A stretch of DNA of 63,410 nt, filler included, from Octopus bimaculoides (GCF_001194135.2; 5 parts of 5 records of this genome joined end to end with filler, not necessarily neighbours in it); one strand, 5' to 3'. Positions 1-12,700 are shown, counted from the whole stretch's first letter. Notes: generated by a model from the letters alone, not told the origin. A program made the numbers and translations.

Positions 1-288
1 GTACTTATTCTATCGGTCTCTTTTGCCGGACCGCTAAGTTACGGGGACGTTAACACACCAGCATCGGTTGTCAAGTGATGTTGGGGGGGACAGTTACAAA
101 CATACACACACACATATATATACATATATACGACAGGCTTCTTTCAGTTTCCGTCTACCAAATCCACTCACAAGGCTTTGGTCGGCCCGAGGCTATAGTA
201 GAAGACACTTGCCCAAGGTGCCACGTAGTGGGACTGAACCCGGAACCATGTGGTTGGTAAGCAAGCTACTTACCACACAGCTGCTCCT
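1..288 (-). mobile_element. tRNA-derived SINE, family A (cut by window start)
   Basis: Minus strand reads AGGAGCAGCTGTGTGGTAAG...GGTTCAGTCCC (A/B-box-like) then ACCTTGGGCAAGTGTCTT; highly similar to the full copy at 45816-46229. Confidence 0.9.
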
Positions 289-299
289 TTAAATATTCA

Positions 300-705
300 A
301 ATAGATGTGGGCATGAAGTTAAGAAATTTTCTTCCTAATCACATGGTTTCAGGATCAGTTCCCTTGTACAGTACCTTGGGCAAAAGTCTTCTATTATATT
401 CCCAGGCTGACCAATGCCTTCTCTGTGTATTTGGAAGACGGAAACTGAAGGAAGCCTCTGTGTGTGTGTGTATATCTATGTGTGCATGGGTGTGTGTTAA
501 TGTCTGCCTGCCTTGACAGCATTTTATGGTTGTAAATGAGTGATACCATCATGCAAGCAGTGCCCTTCATTTTGAATCATCCATGAAAACAAGTCCAGCA
601 GTGGGGAAATATTATCTTACTTAGGAGGACATTAGACCATAAAAAGTCTGCCTCAATGAATTCCATCTGACCCCAAGGGGACAGTAAAATGGTGATGATG
701 AGGTA
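300..705 (+). mobile_element. Degraded family A-related SINE, head-to-head with the 1-288 copy
   Basis: Contains ACCTTGGGCAAAAGTCTT and GACGGAAACTGAAGGAAGCC, both matching family A; the 3' part diverges. Confidence 0.65.
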
Positions 706-811
706 AACTGGTATGTAATTTCAAACCCTTCTTATACCTGCACACATACATCCACATAAATAGATACAGATATATACTGAGTTACTTTGACAATATATCC
801 CACACACTTAA

Positions 812-1025
812 GGGCGGTGAGCTGGTAGAACCGTGCTGGGCAAAATGCTTAGCGGTATTTTGTCTGCCATTACGTTCTGAGTTCAAATTCCGCTGAGGTC
901 AACTTAGCCTTTCATCCTTTTGGCGTCAATTAAATAAGTACCAGTTACGCACTGGGTTCGATGTAATCGACTTAATCTCTTTGTCCCCTTTATGTTTAGC
1001 TCTCTGTGGGCAATAAAGAAATAAA
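812..1025 (+). mobile_element. tRNA-derived SINE, family B
   Basis: GGCGGTGAGCTGGTAGAA head, GAGTTCAAATTCC B-box-like motif, body matches 2003-2221, 5742-5975 and 47195-47405. Confidence 0.9.
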
Positions 1026-1255
1026 TATATCCCCCCCCACACACACACAGCAAAACAGAAAAAAAATTCCCCCTAATTCTCTGAGCAACCATCCTTAAAA
1101 AACATTTAACCATTGAAACTGGTTATATTTTATTAAACATTCTCTAAAATATACTTCTGTGCCTTTTCCAACTTTATTTACTTTATTTTAATTATGATTT
1201 TTGATTTCTATGGACTCCTAACCACTTTTCATCTATCTATCAACCTATCTATCTA

Positions 1256-1267
<12 letters not shown>

Positions 1268-1325
<58 letters not shown>
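1268..1325. repeat. (CT)n/(TA)n microsatellite
   Basis: Direct reading. Confidence 0.9.
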
Positions 1326-1326
<1 letters not shown>

Positions 1327-1334
1327 TTTTTTTT

Positions 1335-1560
1335 TTGTGTGTCCGTGTGTCTTTGTTTGTCCCCGCCACCACTTGATGACCCATGCTGGTGTGTTTACAT
1401 CCCTGAAACTTAGCAATTTTGCATAAGAGACTGATAAAAAAAAAAGTACCAGGCTTAAAAGAATAGGCACTTTGGTCAATTCATTCGACTAAAATTCTTC
1501 AAGGCAATGCCCCAGCATGGCCACAGTCTAATGATTGAAACAAGTAAAGGATAAAAGATA
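1335..1560 (+). mobile_element. 3' half of a family A SINE
   Basis: GCTGGTGTGTTTACATCCC...CCAGCATGGCCACAGTC...GAAACAAGTAAAGGATAAAAGATA matches the tail of the 45816-46229 copy. Confidence 0.8.
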
Positions 1561-2002
1561 TATTACATGGGTTGTAAAGATTTGCCTCTCATGTCATCCT
1601 AAAAGGATGGTTGTTTAATGCTATTATATTTCGGGGAAAATTCTCCTTTTAAAATATATAAAGATAATCAAAGTGTTTAGAGAAAAATGTATTATCTGCA
1701 GGCTATTCTGGAAGGAGCTCGGATGAAACTGCTATATCATACTCAGTATCATTTTTTTTTTTTTTTCATGTCTGAACTGTCTTTCTACAACTACCATGAT
1801 GTGCTAAGCATCAATTTACAGAAAAAAACATCAAATTTAATAACGTCTACTAATTGATCTTAGTCGCAATTAAAAATGTATTATTTTTCTTTGCACACTC
1901 AAGGAAACTTATGAAAGAAGAAAAAATTATCACCCCTCAATACAGAAACCTGCACTAGTGTCCTACTCCGTTATATAAGTGAATCTTTCTTATTTTTTTT
2001 TT

Positions 2003-2221
2003 TTTTATTGCCCACAAAGGGCGAAACATAGAGGGGACAAACCAGGACAGACAAAGGGATTAAGTCGATTATATCGACCCCAGTGTGTAACTGGTACTTA
2101 ATTTATCGACCCCGAAAGGATGAAAGGCAAAGTCGACCTCGGCGGAATTTGAACTCAGAACATAACGGCAGACGAAATACCGCTAAGCATTTCACCCAGC
2201 GTGCTAACGTTTCTGCCAGTC
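2003..2221 (-). mobile_element. tRNA-derived SINE, family B (well preserved)
   Basis: Reverse complement aligns almost end to end with 5742-5975. Confidence 0.9.
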
Positions 2222-2552
2222 TGAATCTTTCTCACAGACTGTTATTAAAATGCAGCTACCCCAGACACACATGTTTACTGTATTATTAAGTGATGTTATT
2301 TTAATATCTAGAGTGTAACACCACCAGTCCCTCCTGCAAGACATTACAGTGTAGCTGGCAATATGAAGGTGAACTTTCCACAGACTCGCATAGCCACAGA
2401 AGTTTTCAAAAGTATGTATTTTTCTTTTTCATTTACCCCACCCATTTTATTCTTTCTCTTCTACACACATACAAATGTATTAATCTGTCCAACCCATGCC
2501 GGCATGGAAAATGGATGTTAAACAATAATGATGAAGAGGAGGAGCAGAATAT

Positions 2553-2700
2553 AAGAATGGTTATGTGGTTGAAAAGCTTGTTTTGCAACTGTGTTGTTTC
2601 AGGTTTCATCCCCCAATGTGGTACTTTGGGCAAGTGTCTTCTGCCAGTGCCTCGTGAATGAATGTGGTAGACAGAAACTGTGTAGAAGCCTGGATGTGTG
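2553..2700 (+). mobile_element. Degraded family A SINE, 5' half
   Basis: TTTGGGCAAGTGTCTT and GGTAGACAGAAACTG match family A. Confidence 0.65.
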
Positions 2701-2714
2701 TGCTTATATATATA

Positions 2715-3730
2715 TTAGGGTGTTTAGAGAGTAATTGTGTTTTACCAGAAAGGATATAAAAACAAATATAAAGTACGTTCATCTGAATAGTTTTAATCAA
2801 GAATGGAATCACCAGCATTGTCAATGACTGCAGTCCAACGAGAAAGTAACTTTTTTATGCCATGTTCAAAGAAACCTATTTCTTTTCATGAAAAAAGTCT
2901 GAAAGACTGTTTTCAACTTCCTCTTTGTTTTTTAATGTTTTGCCACTTATAAAATATTCTTGTGATCAGAACAGATGGAAATCCATTGGTGCTAAGCCAG
3001 GTGAGTATGGAGGATGTTGAAGAACTTCTTACTTTTTTCTTGGGTTTGTTTTGAAGAGTATGGCTGTGCAATACCTTTTCTGTTTACCAAAAGCTGGCCA
3101 CTTTCAGCCTAATTCTTCATTTACATGATCAAATTATTGGCGATAGATGGTCTTCCCATGTTCCAGTAGCTCATAATGGACAACACCTTTCATGTTCCAT
3201 CAAACACAGAGTAAGGATTTTTGTGGAATTCTGGTGTTGGTGTTGGCACAAACCTCTCATCTCGTGATAACCAATCTTTTTTCATTTTCTGTAGTGATGC
3301 AAAGCCCATTTTGCATCACCTGTAACAATGCACTCTAGAAATGACAGGTTGTTATTCCTGGTTAGAAGACTGCTGTAGATGGTGGAATGTTGTGTTCGGT
3401 TCTCAAGCATAAGCTCACGTGGGACCCAAATTCCCTCTTTACATGTTTTCCCAATTTGCTTGAGATGTTCTAAACTTTTCTTTGGTGTGGATTTGATACA
3501 ATAGTCTCATTCTAAAGGTTGTCATTCAGAGTGAGTCATCTTCCAGAGCAAGGCTTATCGGATATGCCACAATCACCATCTTTAAACCTTTTAAACCAAG
3601 CTTCCACTGCATCTGGATTCACTTCACAAATGTTTTTCATTGCTTCTGTAGCAATGCTTTTCTTTCAAAACTCATACAGTAAACAATGGCGAATATGTCG
3701 TTTCATAAAGTTCTTATCATCCAAGGGTTA
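2715..3730 (-). mobile_element. Decayed mariner transposon with near full-length transposase pseudogene (about 2793-3706)
   Basis: Minus-strand translation with frameshifts and stops: MKRHIRHCLLYEF, GIWVPREL (WVP at 3420-3428), TGDAKW (3306-3323), HPPYSPGLAPMDFH (2975-3016). Hsmar1-like TIR TTAGGGTGTTTAGAGAGTAATTGTGTTTT at 2715 after TA; no opposite TIR found. Confidence 0.9.
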
Positions 3731-3742
3731 ATTACCAAAATA

Positions 3743-3962
3743 CGTAAAAAGCATCCAGTCCACACTGTAAAAACCTTGCTAAAACTGACATCGCCTGTGC
3801 TTGTGCCATGTAAAAAACACTCAGTCCATTCTGCTGGGTGGTCGGTGTTAGGAAGGGCATCCAGCTGTAAAAACTGTGAAAACAGACACAGAAATCTGAT
3901 GCAGGCTCCTGTCAAACCATCCCACCCATACCAGCATGGAAGGCAGACATTAAACAATGATG
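3743..3962 (+). mobile_element. Short dispersed repeat, family D (SINE- or LINE-tail-like, GAT tail)
   Basis: GGAAGGGCATCCAGCTGTA...CCATACCAGCATGGA...ATGATGA; related copies at 2484-2535 (+) and 6134-6395 (-). Confidence 0.7.
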
Positions 3963-4004
3963 AGATAGTTTCTCGTAACCGTTATTGTTATCTCTTAGGC
4001 AATA

Positions 4005-4210
4005 AACTGGCAAAGTCATTAGAACATCAGACATAGCCTAGTAGTTTTCCTTTTGACTCCATAGGTTTTGAGTTCAAATCCTGCCAAAGCCGGTTTTGCC
4101 TTTTATTCTTTTCAGATTCGATAAAATAAAGCACTGATCAAGTATTTGGTTCAATGTAATCAACTTGTGCTCCCACCCCTTCAAAATTGCTACCCTTGTG
4201 CCAAAACTTA
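4005..4210 (+). mobile_element. Degraded family B SINE just upstream of the coding exon
   Basis: GAGTTCAAATCCTGCC and CGATAAAATAAAGCAC match the family B body. Confidence 0.6.
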
Positions 4211-4238
4211 CAACAGTTTACTGTTATCTCTCCTATAG

Positions 4239-4372
4239 TTGGCAAACATGTCTGGCTTCAAGAAGGTGATGATGTAAAGGTCTTGATGCCTTCCTCAACC
4301 AAAGATGGACATTTGACGGTACAGTTTCAAGGTGTTACTCAGGATGTTCCACATCACATTGTACAACTCCGG
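4239..4372 (+). CDS. Internal coding exon of an unidentified host gene, divergent SH3-like peptide (V)GKHVWLQEGDDVKVLMPSSTKDGHLTVQFQGVTQDVPHHIVQLR
   Basis: Acceptor CTGTTATCTCTCCTATAG, donor CGG|GTAAGT, open frame (phase 1 in, phase 0 out), non-repetitive sequence. Peptide spacing fits SH3 (L-x-EGD-x-V-x-V...DG...G...P...V-x-L) but lacks the WW and PxNY motifs. Confidence 0.65.
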
Positions 4373-5078
4373 GTAAGTTCTTCACCTTCCAAAATTCTTG
4401 GTAATTTCTGCATTGTCCCAAAACTTCTTTGAGGGTTTCCTAACAGTTTCATGTAATCTATTAAAATCTAGCCCTTTCACAGTGCCTAAGCTTTTCATTT
4501 CTCAATTGTTACCTTCTTTTACTTTTCTCCCATCTTATATTAACTTTTCTTTACTTAACTTAAGTGTTCCATTTTATTCTGATGCTATTCTTCATCTTCC
4601 CAACCTCTCCTATTAATGGTTTTATCCTGTTGTCTCTCTAAACTAGATCCTCATTAGAGTGTGCGTGTCAGTGGCAAAGAGTAACTAGGAAACTAGGGCA
4701 TGCAGTGTGTGGTTTGGAGTGTGTAGGTTTGAGTGTTCCACCCTCCCTAGTTTTCTGTGGGAAATATAGTATTATATGCTTTTAAATATGGGGAGTCGGA
4801 AAATGAAAATAGTTTCACCCTTACGAAGCACTCATTCCTTCATTATTGTATTAATAGTGTGAGAAAGCAAAATGCTTTCAATTCTGTCAGTATACAAGAG
4901 GCCCTCAAAAAATTTTCAGTGGTTTCCTTTCAGTGGTGTTAAGTTGTCAACAGAAACATAGGCAAGGGATAGCAAATTTTTCACTGCTTGCCTTTCAGTG
5001 GAACAAATGAAGCCGCCCAACACTATGTAAGATAAAGTTCATTACATATTAATGTTTGTATCTTCAATTATTTTCCAG

Positions 5079-5099
5079 ACCATGGGTACATTATTATAA
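5079..5099 (+). CDS. Candidate terminal coding exon start (TMGTLL*) following the 4239-4372 exon
   Basis: Strong acceptor TTTGTATCTTCAATTATTTTCCAG and phase-0 compatibility; an alternative acceptor at 4999 would give WNK*. Confidence 0.3.
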   Translation, partial: TMGTLL

Positions 5100-5741
5100 A
5101 ACAACCACTTATACAAGTGGGAGAAGTATGAACCAACAACAGATATTGTATGAGATTGCTTAATTCACTAGACACAAAAGGTAAATCTCCTTCAAATTAC
5201 ATTCTGCTGCCTCGAATTGTTGTACAATTTAATCCCAGATATGCAGAATAACAAGATTGTTGCTGGAATACCTTCAATCATAGGTCTCTCACTCAATAAG
5301 AAACGACCAGGGACTGAACAACATCAGAAAGTAAGAGAACACAGAAAAGAATATGGTTTTTTTTTTCTTTGAAGTATATTTTAAAGTTTTATCCCATTCA
5401 ATGCAAACTTACACAAGAAAGTTGGTCAGACGTCTTAGATTTCACTTTTTATTTTTTAAATTTATTCTGTGTCAGATAATGTGACATTCAAAGAGTTTGT
5501 GGGTGCTGTTAGTAAGACTAGGAACATTTTTGAAAGACAGAAAATAAGTTTAATACAAGTTATAAAACATGTGTGATGAAAATTGCAATGAGTAAATTTG
5601 TGCTGAGTCATAGTTATACAGGATCTCTTTGCATTGCTTGAAGTCAAAATGAAATGATAGGAACAATTAATTAAATATACTCCATTTTGAAACGAACTAA
5701 ATTTATATTTCAAATCGTTATATATATATATGTACGTATGT

Positions 5742-5975
5742 GTGGCGAGCTGGCAGAAACGTTAGCTCACCGGGCGAAATGCTTAGCGGTATTTCGTCTG
5801 CCGTTACGTTCTGAGTTCAAATTCCGCCGAGGTCGACTTAGCCTGTCATCCTTTCGGGGTCGATAAATTAAGTACCAGTTACGCACTGGGGATCGATGTA
5901 ATTGACTTAATCCCTTTGTCTGTCCTTGTTTGTCTCCTCTATGTTTAGCCCCTTGTGGGTAATAAAGAAATAAGA
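5742..5975 (+). mobile_element. tRNA-derived SINE, family B (well preserved)
   Basis: GGCGAGCTGGCAGAAACGTTAGC...GAGTTCAAATTCCGCCGAGGTCGAC...GGTAATAAAGAAATAAG. Confidence 0.9.
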
Positions 5976-5977
5976 AA

Positions 5978-6120
5978 TAAGAAGTTTGCTTCCCAGCCAT
6001 GGTTATAGGTTCAATCCCACAGAATGGCACCTTGAGCAAATGCCTTGGACAGACCAGAGCCTCGTGAGTGGATTTGGTAGGCGGAAATTGAAAGAAGCTT
6101 GTTTCGTGTGTGTCTCCTTG
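5978..6120 (+). mobile_element. Family A SINE, 5' half
   Basis: GGTTCAATCCC, GGCACCTTGAGCAAATG and GTGAGTGGATTTGGTAG. Confidence 0.7.
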
Positions 6121-6133
6121 TCCTCACATCACA

Positions 6134-6395
6134 TATCATCATCATCATCATCATTTAACATCCGTCTTCCATACTGGAATGAGTTTGACTGAAACCTGGT
6201 ACGTTGCACCAGGTTTCAGTCTGATTTGGCATGGTTTCTACACCTGGATGCCCTTCCTAATGCCAACCACTCCGAGAGTGTAGTGGATGCTTTCTATGTG
6301 TTAGTTACAAGACACTGGGATCGGCCACGATTACGATCTCACTTGGCTTGACAGGTTTTCTCAAGCACAGTATATTGCCAAAGGTTTCAGTCACT
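6134..6395 (-). mobile_element. Family D dispersed repeat
   Basis: (CAT)n tail on + and CTGGATGCCCTTCCTAATGCCAACCAC, the reverse complement of the 3743-3962 core. Confidence 0.7.
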
Positions 6396-6683
6396 TGTTT
6401 TCAGTATTCTTGTTTTCTGCACACATCTACAAAATGACTTTCTAAAATGAAATTCCATTATGCAGCTGAGGAGTACATTTTCATTGTACATTTTATGTAG
6501 TGTTCTCACTACACGAATAAATGAAGTTTGTACGAAGCGTATGTACTGCTATAACCTATTGAATTTTTGTTGCTTTTCTTCAAATTTTATTCACCAAATC
6601 TCTTGATTTTGTTTTTGGTTTTTACCCTACCAAATTCTGTTGCCTCAAACATTTTAAGTACCACATTTAATCTTTTGATTAAA

Positions 6684-6729
<46 letters not shown>

Positions 6730-6735
6730 TATTAA

Positions 6736-9700
6736 GTACGTGCGTTCGGTTGTCATTTCGTGTGTTGGTTCGTTCGCTCGTTAGTTTGTTCATTCGTTCG
6801 CTCTTTTGTCCGTAGGTACCTACGTACGTACGTTAATTCATTCGTACGTACCTACGTACATATGCGCTTACGTACGTACGTGCGTTTGATCGTTCTTTCG
6901 TTCTTTCATTCGTTCGATTGTTCATTCTTTCGTTCTTTCATTCGTTCGATTGTTCATTCTTTCGTTCGATTGTTCATTCATTCTTTCGTTCGTTTGTTCG
7001 AACGTACGTTCGTTCGCTCGTTTGTTCCTTCGTTCGTTGGTTTATTCTTCCGTTCGTTCGGTCGATCGTTCGTTCGGTCGATCGTTCGTTCGGCCGATCG
7101 TTCGTTCATTTGTTTGTTTCGTTCGACCGTACGTACGTTCGTTCTTTTGTTCGTTGGTTTGTTCTTTTGTTCGTTTTTTCGATCGTTCGTTCGTTCTTTC
7201 CTTTGTTCTTTCGATCGTTCGTTAGTTCGTACGTACGTACATTCATTCATTCGTTTGTTCGTATGTTCGTTCGTACGTACTTTAGTTAGTTCATACGTTC
7301 GTTCGTTCATTCATTCATACGTATATACATATGTAAATACGTACGTTCGATCGTTCGTACGTTGGTTCTTTCGTTCGTTCATTTCGTTGGTAACCTCGTT
7401 CGTATGTACGTACGTACGAATGAGCGAACGAACTAAAGAACGAACAAACGAACGAACGTACGTATAATCGTACTTACATATGTATGTATGTATGAATGAA
7501 CGAACGAACGAACGAGCGTGCGTATGTTCGTACGTACATATGTATGAATGAACGAACGAACGAACGTACGTACGTACGAATGTACGAACGAACGAATAAA
7601 GGAACGTAATTACGAACGAACGAACGTACGTATGTTCCTACGTACATATATATGAACGAACGAACGTATGTCAGAACGAATGAACGGATGGACGGACGGA
7701 CGAACGAATGAAATGAACGAACGACCTAATGGACGAACGTACGTACGAATGAACGAATGAACTAACGAACGAACGTAAGTACGTATGTAAGAACGAACGA
7801 ACGATCGAACAAACGAACGAACGGTCAAACAAACGAACGAACAAAGGAAAGAACTGACGAACAAACGAACNNNNNNNNNNNNNNNNNNNNNNNNNNNNNN
7901 NNNNNNNNNNNNNNNNNNNNNNNNNNNNNNNNNNNNNNNNNNNNNNNNNNNNNNNNNNNNNNNNNNNNNNGAACGAAGTAACGAATGAACGTACGTACTA
8001 ACGTACGTAAGAACGAACGATCGATAGAGCGAACGAACGAGCGAACTAATGAACGAACGTACGTACGTATGTACGTAAGTACGAACGAACGAAGGTACGC
8101 AAGTACGTATGTAAGTAAGAAAGAACGATCGAACGAACGAAATAAAGAACGTAAGAACGAACGAACGTAATTACGTACGTAGGTACGTATATATGTACCT
8201 ACGTACGAACGAACGTAAATACGTCTGTTCGTACGTAACAACGAAGGAACGAGCAAACAAATGAGCGAACGAACTAACGAACGAATGTACGAACGTAGGT
8301 ACGTAGGAACGAACAAACGAACGAACGTACGTAGGAACGAACGAACGATTGAACGAACGAACGAACAAACGAAAGAACGAAATAAATTACGTACGTACGA
8401 ACGAACGAGCGAGCGAAAGATTGAAAGAACGAATGTACATACGAAAAAAAAACGAACGAACAAAGAAATGAACGCACGTATGTTCGAACTAACAAATGAA
8501 CGAAAGAACGATCGAACGAACGAACGTAGGTATGTATGTACGTCCGAACGAGCGTACGTACGTAGGTACATATGTACGTACGAACGAACGAACAAAGTAA
8601 CGAACGTACGCGCGTACGTACAGACGTACGTACGTACGTTCTGTCATTCTTATGCACTTACGTTCGTTCGTTCTTTCTTTCGTTCATTCGGTCGTATTTA
8701 GTAACGTACGTACGTTCGTTCGTTGGATCGTTCGTACATACTCACTTATGAACGTACGTACGTTAATTCATTCGTACGTACTACGTACCTACNNNNNNNN
8801 NNNNNNNNNNNNNNNNNNNNNNNNNNNNNNNNNNNNNNNNNNNNNNNNNNNNNNNNNNNNNNNNNNNNNNNNNNNNNNNNNNNNNNNNNNNNNNNNNNNN
8901 NNNNNNNNNNNNNNNNNNNNNNNNNNNNNNNNNNNNNNNNNNNNNNNNNNNNNNNNNNNNNNNNNNNNNNNNNNNNNNNNNNNNNNNNNNNNNNNNNNNN
9001 NNNNNNNNNNNNNNNNNNNNNNNNNNNNNNNNNNNNNNNNNNNNNNNNNNNNNNNNNNNNNNNNNNNNNNNNNNNNNNNNNNNNNNNNNNNNNNNNNNNN
9101 NNNNNNNNNNNNNNNNNNNNNNNNNNNNNNNNNNNNNNNNNNNNNNNNNNNNNNNNNNNNNNNNNNNNNNNNNNNNNNNNNNNNNNNNNNNNNNNNNNNN
9201 NNNNNNNNNNNNNNNNNNNNNNNNNNNNNNNNNNNNNNNNNNNNNNNNNNNNNNNNNNNNNNNNNNNNNNNNNNNNNNNNNNNNNNNNNNNNNNNNNNNN
9301 NNNNNNNNNNNNNNNNNNNNNNNNNNNNNNNNNNNNCGATCGTTCGTTCGATCGTTCGTTAGTTCGTACGTACGTTCGTTAGTTCGTACGTTCGTTCGTT
9401 CATTCATTCATACGTATATACATATGTAAATACGTACGTTCTATCGTTCGTTAGTAGGTTCTTTCGTTCGTTCATTTCGTTGGTAAGCTTGTACATACGT
9501 ACGAATGAGCGACCGAACGATATGAACGAACTAACGAACGAACAAACGAAAGAACGAACGAACGTATGTATATTCGTAATTACATATGTATGAATGAACG
9601 AAGGAACGAACGAGCGTGCGTATGTTCGTACGTACATATGTCTGAATGAACGAACGAACAAACGTACGTACGTACGTACGAACAAACGAATGCACGTCCG

Positions 9701-12700
9701 TACGAACGAACGTACGTACGTTCGAACGAAGGTACGTACGTACGAACGAACGTACGTCCAAACGAACGATCGTACGTATGAAAAAATGATCGAAGGAAGG
9801 AAAGAACGTGCGTACGTAAGTAAGTTCGTACGTACGAATGAATAAACGAAAGAAGGAACGTAACTACGAACGAATGAAAGAACGAATGTATATTTGAATG
9901 AACGAACGAACGTACGTACGTACGTACGAAGGTATGCCAGAACGAACGAACGTAATGACGGACGAACGAACGAACGAATGAAACGAACGAACCAACGACC
10001 TAATAAACGAACGTACCTACGTACGTACGAAAGAACGAAAGAAATAACGAACGAGGTAACAAACGAACGTCCGTACGTATGTACGGATTTACGTACATAA
10101 GTACGTATGTAAGAACGAACGAACAAAGAAACGGACGAACGTACGTACGAACAAACGAACGAACGATTGAACGAACGAACGTACGTACGTACGTACGAAG
10201 GTATGCCAGAACGAACGAACGTAATGACGGACGAACGAACGAANNNNNNNNNNNNNNNNNNNNNNNNNNNNNNNNNNNNNNNNNNNNNNNNNNNNNNNNN
10301 NNNNNNNNNNNNNNNNNNNNNNNNNNNNNNNNNNNNNNNNNNNNNNNNNNNNNNNNNNNNNNNNNNNNNNNNNNNNNNNNNNNNNNNNNNNNNNNNNNNN
10401 NNNNNNNNNNNNNNNNNNNNNNNNNNNNNNNNNNNNNNNNNNNNNNNNNNNNNNNNNNNNNNNNNNNNNNNNNNNNNNNNNNNNNNNNNNNNNNNNNNNN
10501 NNNNNNNNNNNNNNNNNNNNNNNNNNNNNNNNNNNNNNNNNNNNNNNNNNNNNNNNNNNNNNNNNNNNNNNNNNNNNNNNNNNNNNNNNNNNNNNNNNNN
10601 NNNNNNNNNNNNNNNNNNNNNNNNNNNNNNNNNNNNNNNNNNNNNNNNNNNNNNNNNNNNNNNNNNNNNNNNNNNNNNNNNNNNNNNNNNNNNNNNNNNN
10701 NNNNNNNNNNNNNNNNNNNNNNNNNNNNNNNNNNNNNNNNNNNNNNNNNNNNNNNNNNNNNNNNNNNNNNNNNNNNNNNNNNNNNNNNNNNNNNNNNNNN
10801 NNNNNNNNNNNNNNNNNNNNNNNNNNNNNNNNNNNNNNNNNNNNNNNNNNNNNNNNNNNNNNNNNNNNNNNNNNNNNNNNNNNNNNNNNNNNNNNNNNNN
10901 NNNNNNNNNNNNNNNNNNNNNNNNNNNNNNNNNNNNNNNNNNNNNNNNNNNNNNNNNNNNNNNNNNNNNNNNNNNNNNNNNNNNNNNNNNNNNNNNNNNN
11001 NNNNNNNNNNNNNNNNNNNNNNNNNNNNNNNNNNNNNNNNNNNNNNNNNNNNNNNNNNNNNNNNNNNNNNNNNNNNNNNNNNNNNNNNNNNNNNNNNNNN
11101 NNNNNNNNNNNNNNNNNNNNNNNNNNNNNNNNNNNNNNNNNNNGAATGAAAGAACGAATGTATATTTGAATGAACGAACGAACGTACGTCCGTATGTACG
11201 AACGAACGAAATTAAGGAACGAACGAACAAACGAACGAAAGAACGATTGAACGTATGTACGTACATACGTAAGAATGAACGTACGAACGAGCGTACGTAC
11301 GTACGAATGAATGAACATACGTACGTACGAACGATCGAACGAATGATCGTACGTACGTACGGAAGAACGAAACAAACAAACGAATGAACGAACGAGACAA
11401 CGATCGAGCAAACGAAAGAACGTACGTACGTATGTACGAACAAACGAAGGAACGAATGAACAAACAAACGTACGTCCGTAGGAACGAACGCATGTGCGAA
11501 CGAATTAAAGATCGAACGAAAAAACAAACAAACGAACGAACGAACGAACGTACGTACATAATCCGTACGTAGGATCGATCGAATGAGCGAACGAACGTAC
11601 GTACATGCGATCGAAAGAACTAACGTACGTCCGTACGTATGAACGAACGAAATTAAGAAACGAACGAACAAACGAACGAAAGAACGATTGAACTATGTAC
11701 GTACATACGTAAGAATGAACGTACGAACGAGCGTACGTACGTACGAATGAATGAACATACGTACGTACGAACGATCGAACGAACGAACGAAGGAAAGAAC
11801 GAAGTAACGAATGAACGTACGTAAGAACGAACGAACGATAGAGCGAACGAACGAACGAACTAATGAACGATGGTACGTACGTATGTACGTAAGTACGAAC
11901 GAACGAAGGTACGTACGTAAGTACGAACGAATGATCGAACGAACGAAAGATAGAACATAAGAACGAACGAACGTAATTACGTACTTACGAACGAATGTAC
12001 GTATATAAGTACCTACGTACGAACGTATGTCAGAACGAACGAACGTACGGACGGACGAAAGAATGTCCGTACNNNNNNNNNNNNNNNNNNNNNNNNNNNN
12101 NNNNNNNNNNNNNNNNNNNNNNNNNNNNNNNNNNNNNNNNNNNNNNNNNNNNNNNNNNNNNNNNNNNNNNNNNNNNNNNNNNNNNNNNNNNNNNNNNNNN
12201 NNNNNNNNNNNNNNNNNNNNNNNNNNNNNNNNNNNNNNNNNNNNNNNNNNNNNNNNNNNNNNNNNNNNNNNNNNNNNNNNNNNNNNNNNNNNNNNNNNNN
12301 NNNNNNNNNNNNNNNNNNNNNNNNNNNNNNNNNNNNNNNNNNNNNNNNNNNNNNNNNNNNNNNNNNNNNNNNNNNNNNNNNNNNNNNNNNNNNNNNNNNN
12401 NNNNNNNNNNNNNNNNNNNNNNNNNNNNNNNNNNNNNNNNNNNNNNNNNNNNNNNNNNNNNNNNNNNNNNNNNNNNNNNNNNNNNNNNNNNNNNNNNNNN
12501 NNNNNNNNNNNNNNNNNNNNNNNNNNNNNNNNNNNNNNNNNNNNNNNNNNNNNNNNNNNNNNNNNNNNNNNNNNNNNNNNNNNNNNNNNNNNNNNNNNNN
12601 NNNNNNNNNNNNNNNNNNNNNNNNNNNNNNNNNNNNNNNNNNNNNNNNNNNNNNNNNNNNNNNNNNNNNNNNNNNNNNNNNNNNNNNNNNNNNNNNNNNN

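Noticed and set aside
2998-3006. Consensus donor CAG|GTGAGT
   Set aside because: It is the antisense of the mariner YSPGL codons, so a chance match.
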